From positions 930,001 through 994,000 of the forward strand of contig NIVC01000061.1 in the NCBI GenBank assembly GCA_002269645.1: 64,000 nucleotides of DNA. Direction: 5' to 3'. Position numbers and translations under genes: made by a program. Position 1 is the stretch's first letter; every line of letters begins with the position of its first letter. Below, piece after piece: positions 37,574 through 48,948 of this stretch. A model generated the notes under the pieces. The model searched no databases and was not told where the DNA came from. It saw nothing but the letters and a program-made list of their open reading frames with translations. Source of the DNA: Macrostomum lignano (taxonomy: Eukaryota).

Positions 37574-38400
37574 TTTGACACCCTTGTTTCTCCTGTTATC
37601 ACCTATGGTTGTGAAATTTGGGAACCCCTGGCTACCCTTTCTGATGCAAATGCTATCGATAGCATCCAATTAAAGTTCTACAAATACCTTTTTAACCTAC
37701 CAAAATATGTGAGCAACAGTGTTATATCACCCGAACTCAAGCTCATATCAATTTCTCAACAGATTGCAAACACCTACATTACCTATTGGCTAAAAATCAG
37801 ACACAAAAAACTCTGTTCAACAACACTTGAAAATTTTCACTCAAATACCAGCCAAAATAACCCATGGGTAACGAATTTTCAAAAGAAACTGAAAAGTATA
37901 GACCTCAAGACATTATACAAAGATAACCCCCCCCCCGACTAAGTTTTAACAATGAGAAACTTCTAGTGAAAAAGCATTTGCACATGTATAGAGAAAGAGA
38001 TCTAAGCCAAAAGCTAGACAACCAGCACCATATTAAATACTACAAAAGCGCTTACCTATTCAAAAAAACATGCAGACCTGTTCTCTCAAATTACTTTTCA
38101 AGTCTATTTAGAAACAAAAAATACCTAACAACCCTTCTAAAACTGAAATGTGAGCTCACGCCCAAGGCATTCTCTCAGGAAGCTTGTGGACTCTGTGGAG
38201 CAAGAAACGGAGCCGATATTCTTCACTACCTAAGTGAGTGCCCACAAACACTAGAAATTAGGAAAAAATACTTTTCTCAATACCTTCTAGATGCCACACA
38301 CATGCATAAAATAGAGTATGCCACAAATGAAAAAAGTCAGAAAAAAAGCTCTCTGGACTAGCTAAAATTTACAATGTCATGTACAGTTAAATTTATTTAC
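37574..38400 (+). mobile_element. 5'-truncated non-LTR retrotransposon (LINE), C-terminal part of ORF2
   Basis: FDTLVSPVITYGCEIW...IDSIQLKFYKYLF is a typical post-RT motif; after one frameshift at the poly-C near 37930 comes the Zn-knuckle-like CGLC...HYLSECPQTLEIRKKY. Confidence 0.82.
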
Positions 38401-39055
38401 CTGAAATATATAACATGTTTATATACAGGTATACCAGTAAAGTACTGAGTCCGCTTCTTATTCCCATTCCCACCATCATGTTTCATATCTTTGGTACAGG
38501 TTTTTGGCACATTTCTACAGAAAAGTCTCTATTTCTATAGAAAAAAATTATATTTAATGAGCATTAGACCATAAGTTGTTAGATGTCAAAAGTTGCTGAT
38601 TTTTTGTCCCTTTTTAGGCCTCCAAACAGTATATTTATTACACATATACAATTATAGCCAAATATTATGAGCAATCCTTTTACTCAATATTTTTTTAATA
38701 AAAACCACAAAAAAATCCTATATGTTTTTTCAAATATTATATTTTATACAATTTTGTTATCACCTGATTAATATCTATATAACTTATTTTTATAACCTAT
38801 GTGCTAAACTGTTTTGCACAATATCGCCAACTACATACATAAATACTTTTTAACTCCTTGCTTTTTCTTTCACCTCGTTAGTTGTCCAAAGTTTTGTTAA
38901 CAAAATTTACACATTATTTCAAATACCATATTGCAAAACTTGTACTTTGTAATTGTAGTAAATAACTAATGCTAAAATATTGCCTTCTGTTCCTGAAGTA
39001 ATCTTAAAATACACAGAAATATATTGGCCAAACAGGCTTCTTGCCTGAGCCATCT

Positions 39056-39108
<53 letters not shown>
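39056..39108. repeat. (CTA)n microsatellite
   Basis: About 17 perfect units. Confidence 0.97.
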
Positions 39109-40558
39109 GGGCCTAGTGTAACAAAATGAATAGGCTAAGTGCTTTCATTAGGAAAAAAGTTTTTTAGAGCATTTATTATATTATTAAGGCCTAGGCCTAT
39201 ATTAATATTTTATTAGGCCTTTTTAGACATTATAAACCAGGCCTAAACTAGGCCCTAGGGCATTAAAAATCAATTTTGGATAGGCCTAGGCTCCTACTGA
39301 AATACTGGGCAGATTTTTGGGCAGATAAAAGCATGGGCACTGAAAAGCATAGAAACCTAGGCCATTATTATGGGCAATGTCTGGTCCAGATTGGCTTGTG
39401 ACAATGCAAGTGCAATCTGGCACATTGGTGTAGTTCCATAGTCAGGATCATAGCAGAATGCTTGCACCCAAACAAGCAAGTTTGCTTGCATTGTGTGCTA
39501 GAAATAAGTTTCTGCACTATAGGCGAGGCCTACCCTACTGTGTCTGTGTAGACTGCACTACAAAAAAATTAAGTGTCATACCTATTGGTATGCTGGCATA
39601 CCTATTGGGGCTAGCTGGCTTGTGGCTTTAGGACCAGTGTCTGATGGCGTGATGCATTTCTAAAAAGTTTTGCCTTGAGTTGAAAACTGCAGCTGCAGCA
39701 GTCCAGTGTATATGGCAAATGGCCTTAGGTGCTCACTGCTCACCAAAAATTATGAAAATATAAAACATAATGAACACAAAGTTGATCAAAAAATCAAAAA
39801 TACATAAACATGGCAGGGAGTAGTGGTACTTAGCATCGAGAGTTGATAAATACAGTAAATTACACTTAAAGCTAAGACTGACTACTAAATTTTTAACAAT
39901 TCATCATCTTGCTTCAAAAAAACGCACTTTGATGTTTGTTTAGTTTTAAATAGACTCTATATGATAAATTATTATATAGAGTTTTATAGAGTTTTAAATT
40001 ATCATATTAAAAATAACTACTTTGGCAATATTTTGTTTACTTAAGTTGACAGTTTGTTATACATTGTTGTTTTTTTCATTTTGCAGGTTTTACACGAAAC
40101 CAAAATATTTTACAGTTAAGACAACTTGTTTAAGACAACTGAATCGACTAGCTTACTTGTGTCGTGTGGCTTTGCCTTTAATTGCCTGTAGAAAATAATT
40201 TCGTCATCCTACAAGATAAGCAACAGAAGTCTACCTTATGAACATCTTTTTAGTGTATAGGATATTTTAGGCCTAATAACTTCGTTTGTATTTTTATTCT
40301 TAGGATAATAGATATAGGGCCGTGTCCTGCCTGACTAAAAAAGTGAAACACTGTGTTCATATTTCAATTTTTTAACCAATGTTCGATACAAAAGAGTTAT
40401 TTTATAATAGTGTAAATAATTTCTCATAATTAGCTTTTTTACTCGATTTTAAATCATTTGGGCCTATAGGCTAAGTAAAGCAACTAAAAAATTAAAAGCC
40501 TAATCTTAGTAGGCCTATTTAGTAAAACTTTGACTTTGACTTTGAGGCCAGCTATTCA

Positions 40559-43500
40559 ATGGATAAACTAAAAGAACTTGTGTCGATTCCTGTAAGTATG
40601 TTGGATGTTTCCTTTTTAAAAGTATAGTGTTTTAGTTTTAGTTAAAATTCTTAACTATATTTTCAATCAATCACAATATACTAAATTCTAAAAAAGGATA
40701 CTATATTCAAAAGTAGATTTTGCCTACTAATTAGGTTGAATTTAATCATTTGTTTTGTTTTGAGGTTGTGTATAAATATTTATATAGATATTACTTATAA
40801 AGTGTATGGCGAAATCCAAAAATGTGGGATAAAATGGTAAAACAAATCTGTGGACTAGGATGGAATTCTTGCTCAGGGGTAGGAAAATGCACACGTTTTT
40901 GGAGCAACACATAAGCATGCACACTAGCTATAAAAATAAGTCATGCACATCATGGCCCATGTGCTAAAAATGAAATTTCTAGTTTTTCAATTCTATGCCA
41001 ACGTAAATTAAAAAGTTATACTTTAAATGTAAAGTAGCTTGAACACTATATTTTTTTAGAGAAAATATTCTTTAAAAAGTATGAGTTTCACTAAACTTTA
41101 AAGTAACTGTTTTTGCTAAAACTATTATACTTTCTTTTACTTTTTACTTTTTAAATTTTCCAGCATAAAAACAACCTTCCAAAAATGATGGAATGAACAA
41201 AATTATAAAATCATTGCAATTCACTACAGAAACATTTTGTCATTACAAATAATGTCTAAATTTATATGCATCCCTAAATTTGTCTTATGCATAGCAAAAT
41301 TTGTATGCTTACTTTGAAGGTCATTTGTATGCTAGAAATTTTTTATCTATATGTATCATTATAAAGCCTGGCCTTTGGGTTCAGTAAATTGAAATTTTTT
41401 TCTCTATGTAGTTACCCTTCACAAAATAGTTTTGTAAAGATCCTTTGCACCCACTAACTGATATTTCTTCCAAACAATTTTATTGTACTATTTTCTATAC
41501 AAAGGTTCTTTAATTTAAAAGAATAGTAAGTAGTTGCTAGGAGCAAGTCTGGCAAATAGAATAGTTGCAGCATTAGCTTGAATCACTTGTGAATTTGCAT
41601 GCATATACTTGGGCGCAACCTAGGGATTCACTTGGCTATTTCTATTGGCAACACACACATAAGTTGCTATTGAATGTAATAGTAGTCACGTGACTGCTCT
41701 CAGCCAATAGCAACTTACATGTGTGTTGCTAATAGAAACAGCTGGATGATTCCCAAGGTTGTATATGTATGCAGCACTATTGTATGCAATATCTTCAATG
41801 GAGCCTTAGCCATCTTTGAATTCTACATCCATTCTAAGTCTATAAGCTTATAAAATGAAATGAAAGCTACCAGTATTTGTTAGCTAAACTTAATGACACA
41901 GCCCTCATATTTTTTGCCTAGATTGTCAAGGGAAATTATTCTTTTAGATTTGAGATTTACAAGTGAGTTAAATTGAAATTTGTTTATTTTCAATTTTTCC
42001 AAGGTTCGCAAAAGTAACCACAGTGCATTGGATGGCCAGGGAGCCACTTCGTTAAATCTTTCAACAATGATTAGCGATCCCGCTGTGGCAAGATATCAGG
42101 TTTGTATTGCAGCTGTTGTTGAGCTTGCAACTTCAATCTATTATATTGATATTGGCTGATAACTGTAATAATACTGAATCCCTTATTCAGCAGGCCCATT
42201 CCCAGCTCGGTATGTTCACGCATGATCCGGCTTTTGAGCGCGAGCTGATTGACAGCATCGATCAGGTGTACTTTTCAGTGGATGAAGATGCCAGTCGGAG
42301 AGAGATTTTGGTCAGTTTCCAGCGCTTTCTTTGCTGACTCTTTCCTGCTGCGGGTTGCTTTTTTCTGCGTCAGAATCCCAGTGTCATGCAGCATTCAGAA
42401 TCAGTAAAATGCCAATTGGAACTGCGCCTCGGTGCGGCCCTGCCGAACCTCCAGATTTCATCAGCACGTCGACCACATGTGCCTGCATCAGCTCTGACTC
42501 CTTCGGTCACTGGCCTTCACCCAGGCCGAGCTTCTGGACCTTCAACAGTTGGCACCAGGTGACTATGAACACCCTATTGCACATTTCTCTAGTTTCGCTG
42601 ATCAAGCCTCAACACTGGGCAAACTTCAACTGGTAGGGATCCTCAACTAGTCTCCCAAGCATTCCGTCATCACCCCGACGCTGTTGGTACCTTCAACGGG
42701 AGGCGCTACTGACTATGATGACTATGGACACCCGAACGAGGTATTTCATCAAGCCATCTTTGCGCATAAAGATGATTATAATTAAGATTAACCGGCTACA
42801 GCGTCGGGGTGGTGACTAAATCCTTGAGAGACTCAGTCGCCTAGTGTCACCCGTTGGAGGAGCCGGCGGCGTCGGGATCCAGCAGTTGCGGTTTGCTCAC
42901 TGTCGAGGTCTGATCAGCAAAACTAGAAAAATTCTTAACAAGGTGTCCATAGTCACCTCGTGCCATCTGTTGAAGGTCCAAAGAAGGTTGATGCCCCTTA
43001 AGAATACCCCGATGCCCCCTAGGAATTCCCCAATGCCGTTTAAGAGTACCCCAATTCCGCTTAAGAATATCCCAATTCCCTTAAAAATACCCGATTCCCT
43101 TAAGAACATCCCGTTTCCCTTAAAAATTCCCTTGATTCCGTTAAGAATACCCCTATTCCCTTTCCCTTAAGAACATCTCGATTCCCTTAAGAATGCCCTA
43201 ATTCCCTTTAAGAATAGCTTTAACACACCCCAAAAAACCTGCGCCAATTCCCTTTTTTAAATAATTATCTACATTGCAATCGACATAAGACCTATTGCCT
43301 TAGACCCATACTTTATTGCTGTTTGTAGTCTGTCCTTTTTAATTTTGATTGTTTCATCTTGTTTAAATTAGAAATTCCTCGAAGCATCGGATTCTATGGA
43401 TGCTGAAGGGATGCGCCAGAGGGTGGAACAGTTGAAGCGGCAGCACAAGGCTGTGGCCAAACGAGTCTCCGAGCTGGTGCTGCAGAAGCATCCGGACTAT

Positions 43501-46500
43501 GCTCAGGAGCTGCAGCGGGTCATGCAGCTGCAAAGGTCGCTGCTTGAAGCGTTCAAGATCTCTAAAGCTGCGAGAATGTGAGTTTCAGCCGTTAGTCTTT
43601 GTTCCTGTCTGATGAGATTTGGGTCTGTGTGAGTCTTTGTTAATGTCTGATGAGATTTGGGTCTGTGTGAGTCTTTGTTCCTGTCTGATGAGATTTAGGT
43701 CTGTGTGAGTCTTTGTTCATGTCTGATGAGATTTGGGTCTGTGTGAGTCTTTGTTCATGTCTGATGAGATTTGGGTCTGTGTGAGTCTTCGTTCCTGTCT
43801 GATGAGATTTGGGTCTGTGTGAGTCTTTGTTCCTGTCTGATGAGATTTGAGTCTGTGTGAGTCTTTGTTCCTGTCTGATGATATTTGGGTCTGTGTGAGT
43901 CTTTGTTCCTGTCTGATGAGATTTGGGTCTGTGTGAGTCTTTGTTCATGTCTGATGAGATTTGGGTCTGTGTGAGTCTTTGTTCCTGTCTGATGAGATTT
44001 GAGTCTTTGTGAGTCTTTGTTCCTGTCTGATGAGATTTGAGTCTGTGTGAGTCTTTGTTCCTGTCTGATGAGATTTGGGTCTGTGTGAGTCTTTGTTCCT
44101 GTCTGATGAGATTTGAGTCTGTGTGAGTCTTTGTTCCTGTCTGATGAGATTTGTGTTTGTGTGAGTCTTTGTTCACGTCTGATGAGATTTGTGTCTGTGA
44201 GTCTTTGTTCATGTCTGATGAGATTTGTGTCTGTGTGAGTCTTTGTTCCTGTCTGATGAGATTTGAGTCTGTGTGAGTCTTTGTTCCTGTCTGATGAGAT
44301 TTGGGTCTGTGTGAGTCTTTGTTCCTGTCTGATGAGATTTGAGTCTGTGTGAGTCTTTGTTCCTGTCTGATTTGGGTCTGACTCTCCTTGTTTCCGCGTA
44401 CATTAATTTGGACTGTGACTCTTTGTTTCGACGTGTTCCGGCTTCTCAATCTTAGTTTGCACCGTATGCGCTCCGACTTCACTTCCTCTCCATAAAATTA
44501 ATTCCCGTCCCCAGGTCGCTCCGCACCGCGGCCCACACAAACCTGCACTCTTCGATCAAGGTGCTCCTCTGCCGCCGCCGTCAGCACCGCCTGCAGTCGC
44601 TGGAGGCGACCCTCGGCCAGACCCGCGCCCTGTGCAACGCCGACAAGCGGCTGAAAGATCTTTTAGAAGAGGAGAATTTCGCCGCAGCAATTCAGCTGTG
44701 CCAGGAGTGCCAGAAAGCGGCTGCTCTGCCCATGTACCGCGGCTTGGCCTGCGTCAAGGAGCTCGCCGCCAAGTTGCAGGACACCGTGGTGATGACGGAG
44801 GAGAGCTTGGACCAGGCCATGTGCCGCATGGCTGCCAGCGGCTTCAACTACACCCTCTATGACCGGATTCAGAAGGCTTACAGGTGAGACCAGCTTGGGT
44901 ATAACTCAGAAAAGGTGTAGCTTTGAGAGGGTGTAATTCAGAGAGGGTGTAACTCAGAGAGGGTGTAACTCAGAGAGGGTGTAACTCAGAGAGGGTGTAA
45001 TTCAGAGAGGGTGTAACTCAGAGAGGGTGTAACTCAGAGAGGGTGTAACTCAGAGAGGGTGTAACTCAGAGAGGGTGTAACTCAGAGAGGGTGTAACTCA
45101 GAGAGGGTGTAACTCAGAGAGGGTGTAACTCAGAGAGGGTGTAACTCAGAGAGGGTGTAACTCAGAGAGGGTGTAACTCAGAGAGGGTGTAACTCAGAGA
45201 GGGTGTAACTCAGAGAGGGTGTAACTCAGAGAGGGTGTAGCTCAGAGAGGGTGTAACTCAGAGAGGGTGTAACTCAGAGAGGGTGTAGCTCAGAGAGGGT
45301 GTAGCTCAGAGAGGGTGTAACTCAGAGAGGGTTTAGCTCAGAGAGGGTGCAAGATAGGGTGCAGCTCAGAGGGTATGTAGCTCTTAGAGAACCTGGAAAG
45401 AAGATTAATTTCCATAAGTTCGTCAGCTTTACGTCCTGTTAATGCAAGTTGTATCAGATAACGAGTTCTAGGGTGTGGGATTCCTAATATGTCTGGCTAT
45501 AAATGAGGATTCCGTGTTTAAAAGTATCTTACTTTCTACTTACAGTAGTGTTAAAAGGATAAAATGTTGCTCTTAAACAATTGAACTGCAGCTTACTCGG
45601 GAAATCACAGTCGGCATTCGACCAGTTGCACATGCACTTTACCAGCACGCTGCACAATGCCGCCTTTCAAATTGTACTGGGCTATACTCAGCTGGGCAGC
45701 TCTACCACGGCTGAGAACTTCCAGAGACAGCAGTATCAGCAGCTGTGCTCGGTGAGTTGTGGGTTTGTTCAATGCCCAAATCAGAATCCCAGATTTAAAC
45801 GTCAAGGTTACCGAATTCAGTATTCTTAAAAGTCCCTAAGTCGGGATCCCAGATTGAAGATCCCCGAATCAGGATCCCAGATTCATGATCCCCAATTCGA
45901 GATTCCACATTCTAAATCCCTAAATCGGGATCCCAGATTCGAGATCCCCAAATAGGGATCCCAGATTGAATATCCCCGAAACGGGATCCCAGATTGAAGA
46001 TCCCCAAATCGGGATCCCAGATTCAAGATCCCCAAATCGGGATCCCAGATTGAATATCCCCGAATCAAGATCCCAGATTGAATATCCCCAAATCGGGATC
46101 CCAGATTCAAGATCCCCAAATCGGGATCCCAGATTGAATATCCCCGAATCGGGATCCCAGATTGAATATCCCCAAATCGGGATCCCAGATTGAATATCCC
46201 CGAATCGGGATCCCCGATTCAAGATCCCCAATTCGAGATTCCACATTCGAGATCCCCAAATCGAGATTCCACATTCGAGATCCCCAAATCGGGATCCCAG
46301 ATTGAAGATCCCCAAACGGGATCCAGATTCGAGATCCCCAAATCAGGATCCCAGATTGAAGATCCCCAAATCAGGATCCCAGATTGAAGATCCCCAAATC
46401 GGGATCCAGACTCGAGATCCCCAAATCGGGATCCAGACTCGAGATCCCCAAATCGGGATCCAGACTCGAGATCCCCAAATCGGGATCCAGACTCGAGATC

Positions 46501-48750
46501 CCCAAATCGGGATCCAGACTCGAGATCCCTAAATCGGAATCCAGACTCGGGATCCAGATTCGAGATCCCAAAAATATCGGGTTCCCTTGAGAGATCCTAA
46601 AATTCATTTTTTGGAGCCAGCCCATCAAGAATGCAAATTCCAAGAAAACTCCATCCCTCGAATCTCACACAGCAACTGCCGCCCGAGCTGTACCTTCCCT
46701 GCCTCTCCGATCTGTGCAAATCAGTGTGGGAGATCTTGAAGAACTTCTACCAAGTACTGCAGTACCACCACGCCAACAATGCGAGCAGCGCCTCCACTGG
46801 CCCAGACCAGCAGCAGCAGCAGCAGCAGCAGTTGTCCTCTTCAGCGGCGGCCTACCTGACCCAGAAGCTGGCCCAAGCTCCCGGCAAGCTGTGGCAAGAC
46901 GTGCAGAGCAAAATCCGCATCTACCTGCAGTCCGCGGGCGGCGCCAGCTTGCACCGAGAGCTCCGGTTCGAGCACGCCATCCGAATGCTGCACCTGGTCA
47001 ATCGGCTGGTGTCCGTTGGCCAGGAGTTCTGCGGCGCAGCCTCGCCGGCTCTGCAGGAGTCCATTCGCAAGCAGATCCTGGCCTTCTTCCGCGCCTATCA
47101 CAGCGGCCGCATGGAGACGCTGCGGATGTTTCTGGAGAACGAGGAGTGGCAGCCGGTGCCCGTGAAGTCCAGCTTCTCCCTGGCTGACCTGCACGAGTTT
47201 GCGCCGTTCCGTTCGCGTCTGCTGCAGGCTGCCCGTCTCAGGCAGTTGAATTCCACTTCCGCTTCCGGGGAGATTTCCGACACCGCTTCCGGTTCCTCTT
47301 CTACAACGTTTTTCGATCGGCTGGACGAAAATCCGTTCGAGTTTACCACGGAAGAGGATTGCGTGGAAGATTTCTTTGCCACTCCGGTGAGGCTTGTCTC
47401 CATGGCAACCAGTAGAAATGCCTTGGCAACCAGCTTCGCAACCTCTTTACAATATCAACATAAACACAGATGCTAAAAAACGATAATTACGTTCTCCATA
47501 GCAACCAGCGATTCGCCATAGCAACTAAGGATTCCACACAGCAACTAGCGATTTCACATAGAAACCAGGGATTCTCCATAGCAACCAGGGATTCTCCATA
47601 GCAACTAGTAATTTCACATAGCAACCAGAGCGATCCCACATAGCAACCAGAGCGATTCCCCATAGCAACAAAAGCGATTCCCCATAGCAACCAGAGTGAT
47701 TTCCCATAGCAACCAAAGCGATTCCCCATAGCAACCAGAGCGATTCCCCATAACAACCAGCGATTTCCCATACAAACCAGGGCGATTCCCCATAGCAACC
47801 AGAACGATTCCCCATAGCAACCAGAGCGATTCCCCATAGCAACCAGCGATTTCCCATACAAACCAGGGCGATTCCCCATAGCAACCAGAGCAATTCCCCA
47901 TAGCAACCAGCGATTTCTCATAGCAACCAACCGAACTCTTTCAGGACGCCGCGATATCAAACAACGGCGACGGCTCGAATCAGCAGGCGAAGCGGCGGTC
48001 CTCCGCCGACAGCGAAGAGGCCGAAGATGAGGACAACGACCAGCTGCTGCGGGCGCACCACATCGATGAGGACACGGGACGACCAGTCATCGTGACCTCA
48101 GCCTCCTCCGCCGTTGCCGCTCCACCTTCCAACTCTTCGTCGCGCCTGAACTCGCCCTCAGTGTCGGCGGCTGTCGCTAACGGCGGTCGAGCATCCGCGG
48201 GAATCGAGTCCGTGACCTCGCAGCTGCATCGGCAGCCAAGGCCCGCATCGGCCGGGCCGCTGATCACCAACACCCTGCTAGAGGTGCTGCGGCTGCTGGG
48301 CCGCTACACCCAGATGATTCACCTGCTCAAGCCCATCGCCTTCGATGTGGCGCTGCGTATGACTCAGCTAGCCGAGTACTACATCTACACTGTGTACTGG
48401 TTCTACGCTAGGGATAATGTGAGCCTGGCGCACGCTTTGGGGGCTGGAATTGGTCATTGATTAGGCTGCTGGGTTCTTACAGACGGACAGACAGATAGAC
48501 AGACAGATAGACAGACAGACAGACAGACAGCCAGCCAAGCAGACAGACAGACAGACAGATAGACAAACAGACACAGACAGACAGACAGACAGACTGACTG
48601 ACAGGCAGACAGACAGACAGACGGACAGGCAGACAGACAGACTCGCAGACAGACAGACAGACAGACAGCCAAGCAGACAGACACGCAGACAAACAGACAG
48701 ACAGACAGACAGACATACACAGACAGACAGACACACAGACAGACGGACAG

Positions 48751-48791
<41 letters not shown>

Positions 48792-48867
48792 TAGACAGAC
48801 CGACAGGACACAGACAGACAGACAGACAGACAGGCAGGCAGGCAGACGGACAGACAGACAGACAGAC

Positions 48868-48908
<41 letters not shown>

Positions 48909-48911
48909 GGC

Positions 48912-48948
<37 letters not shown>

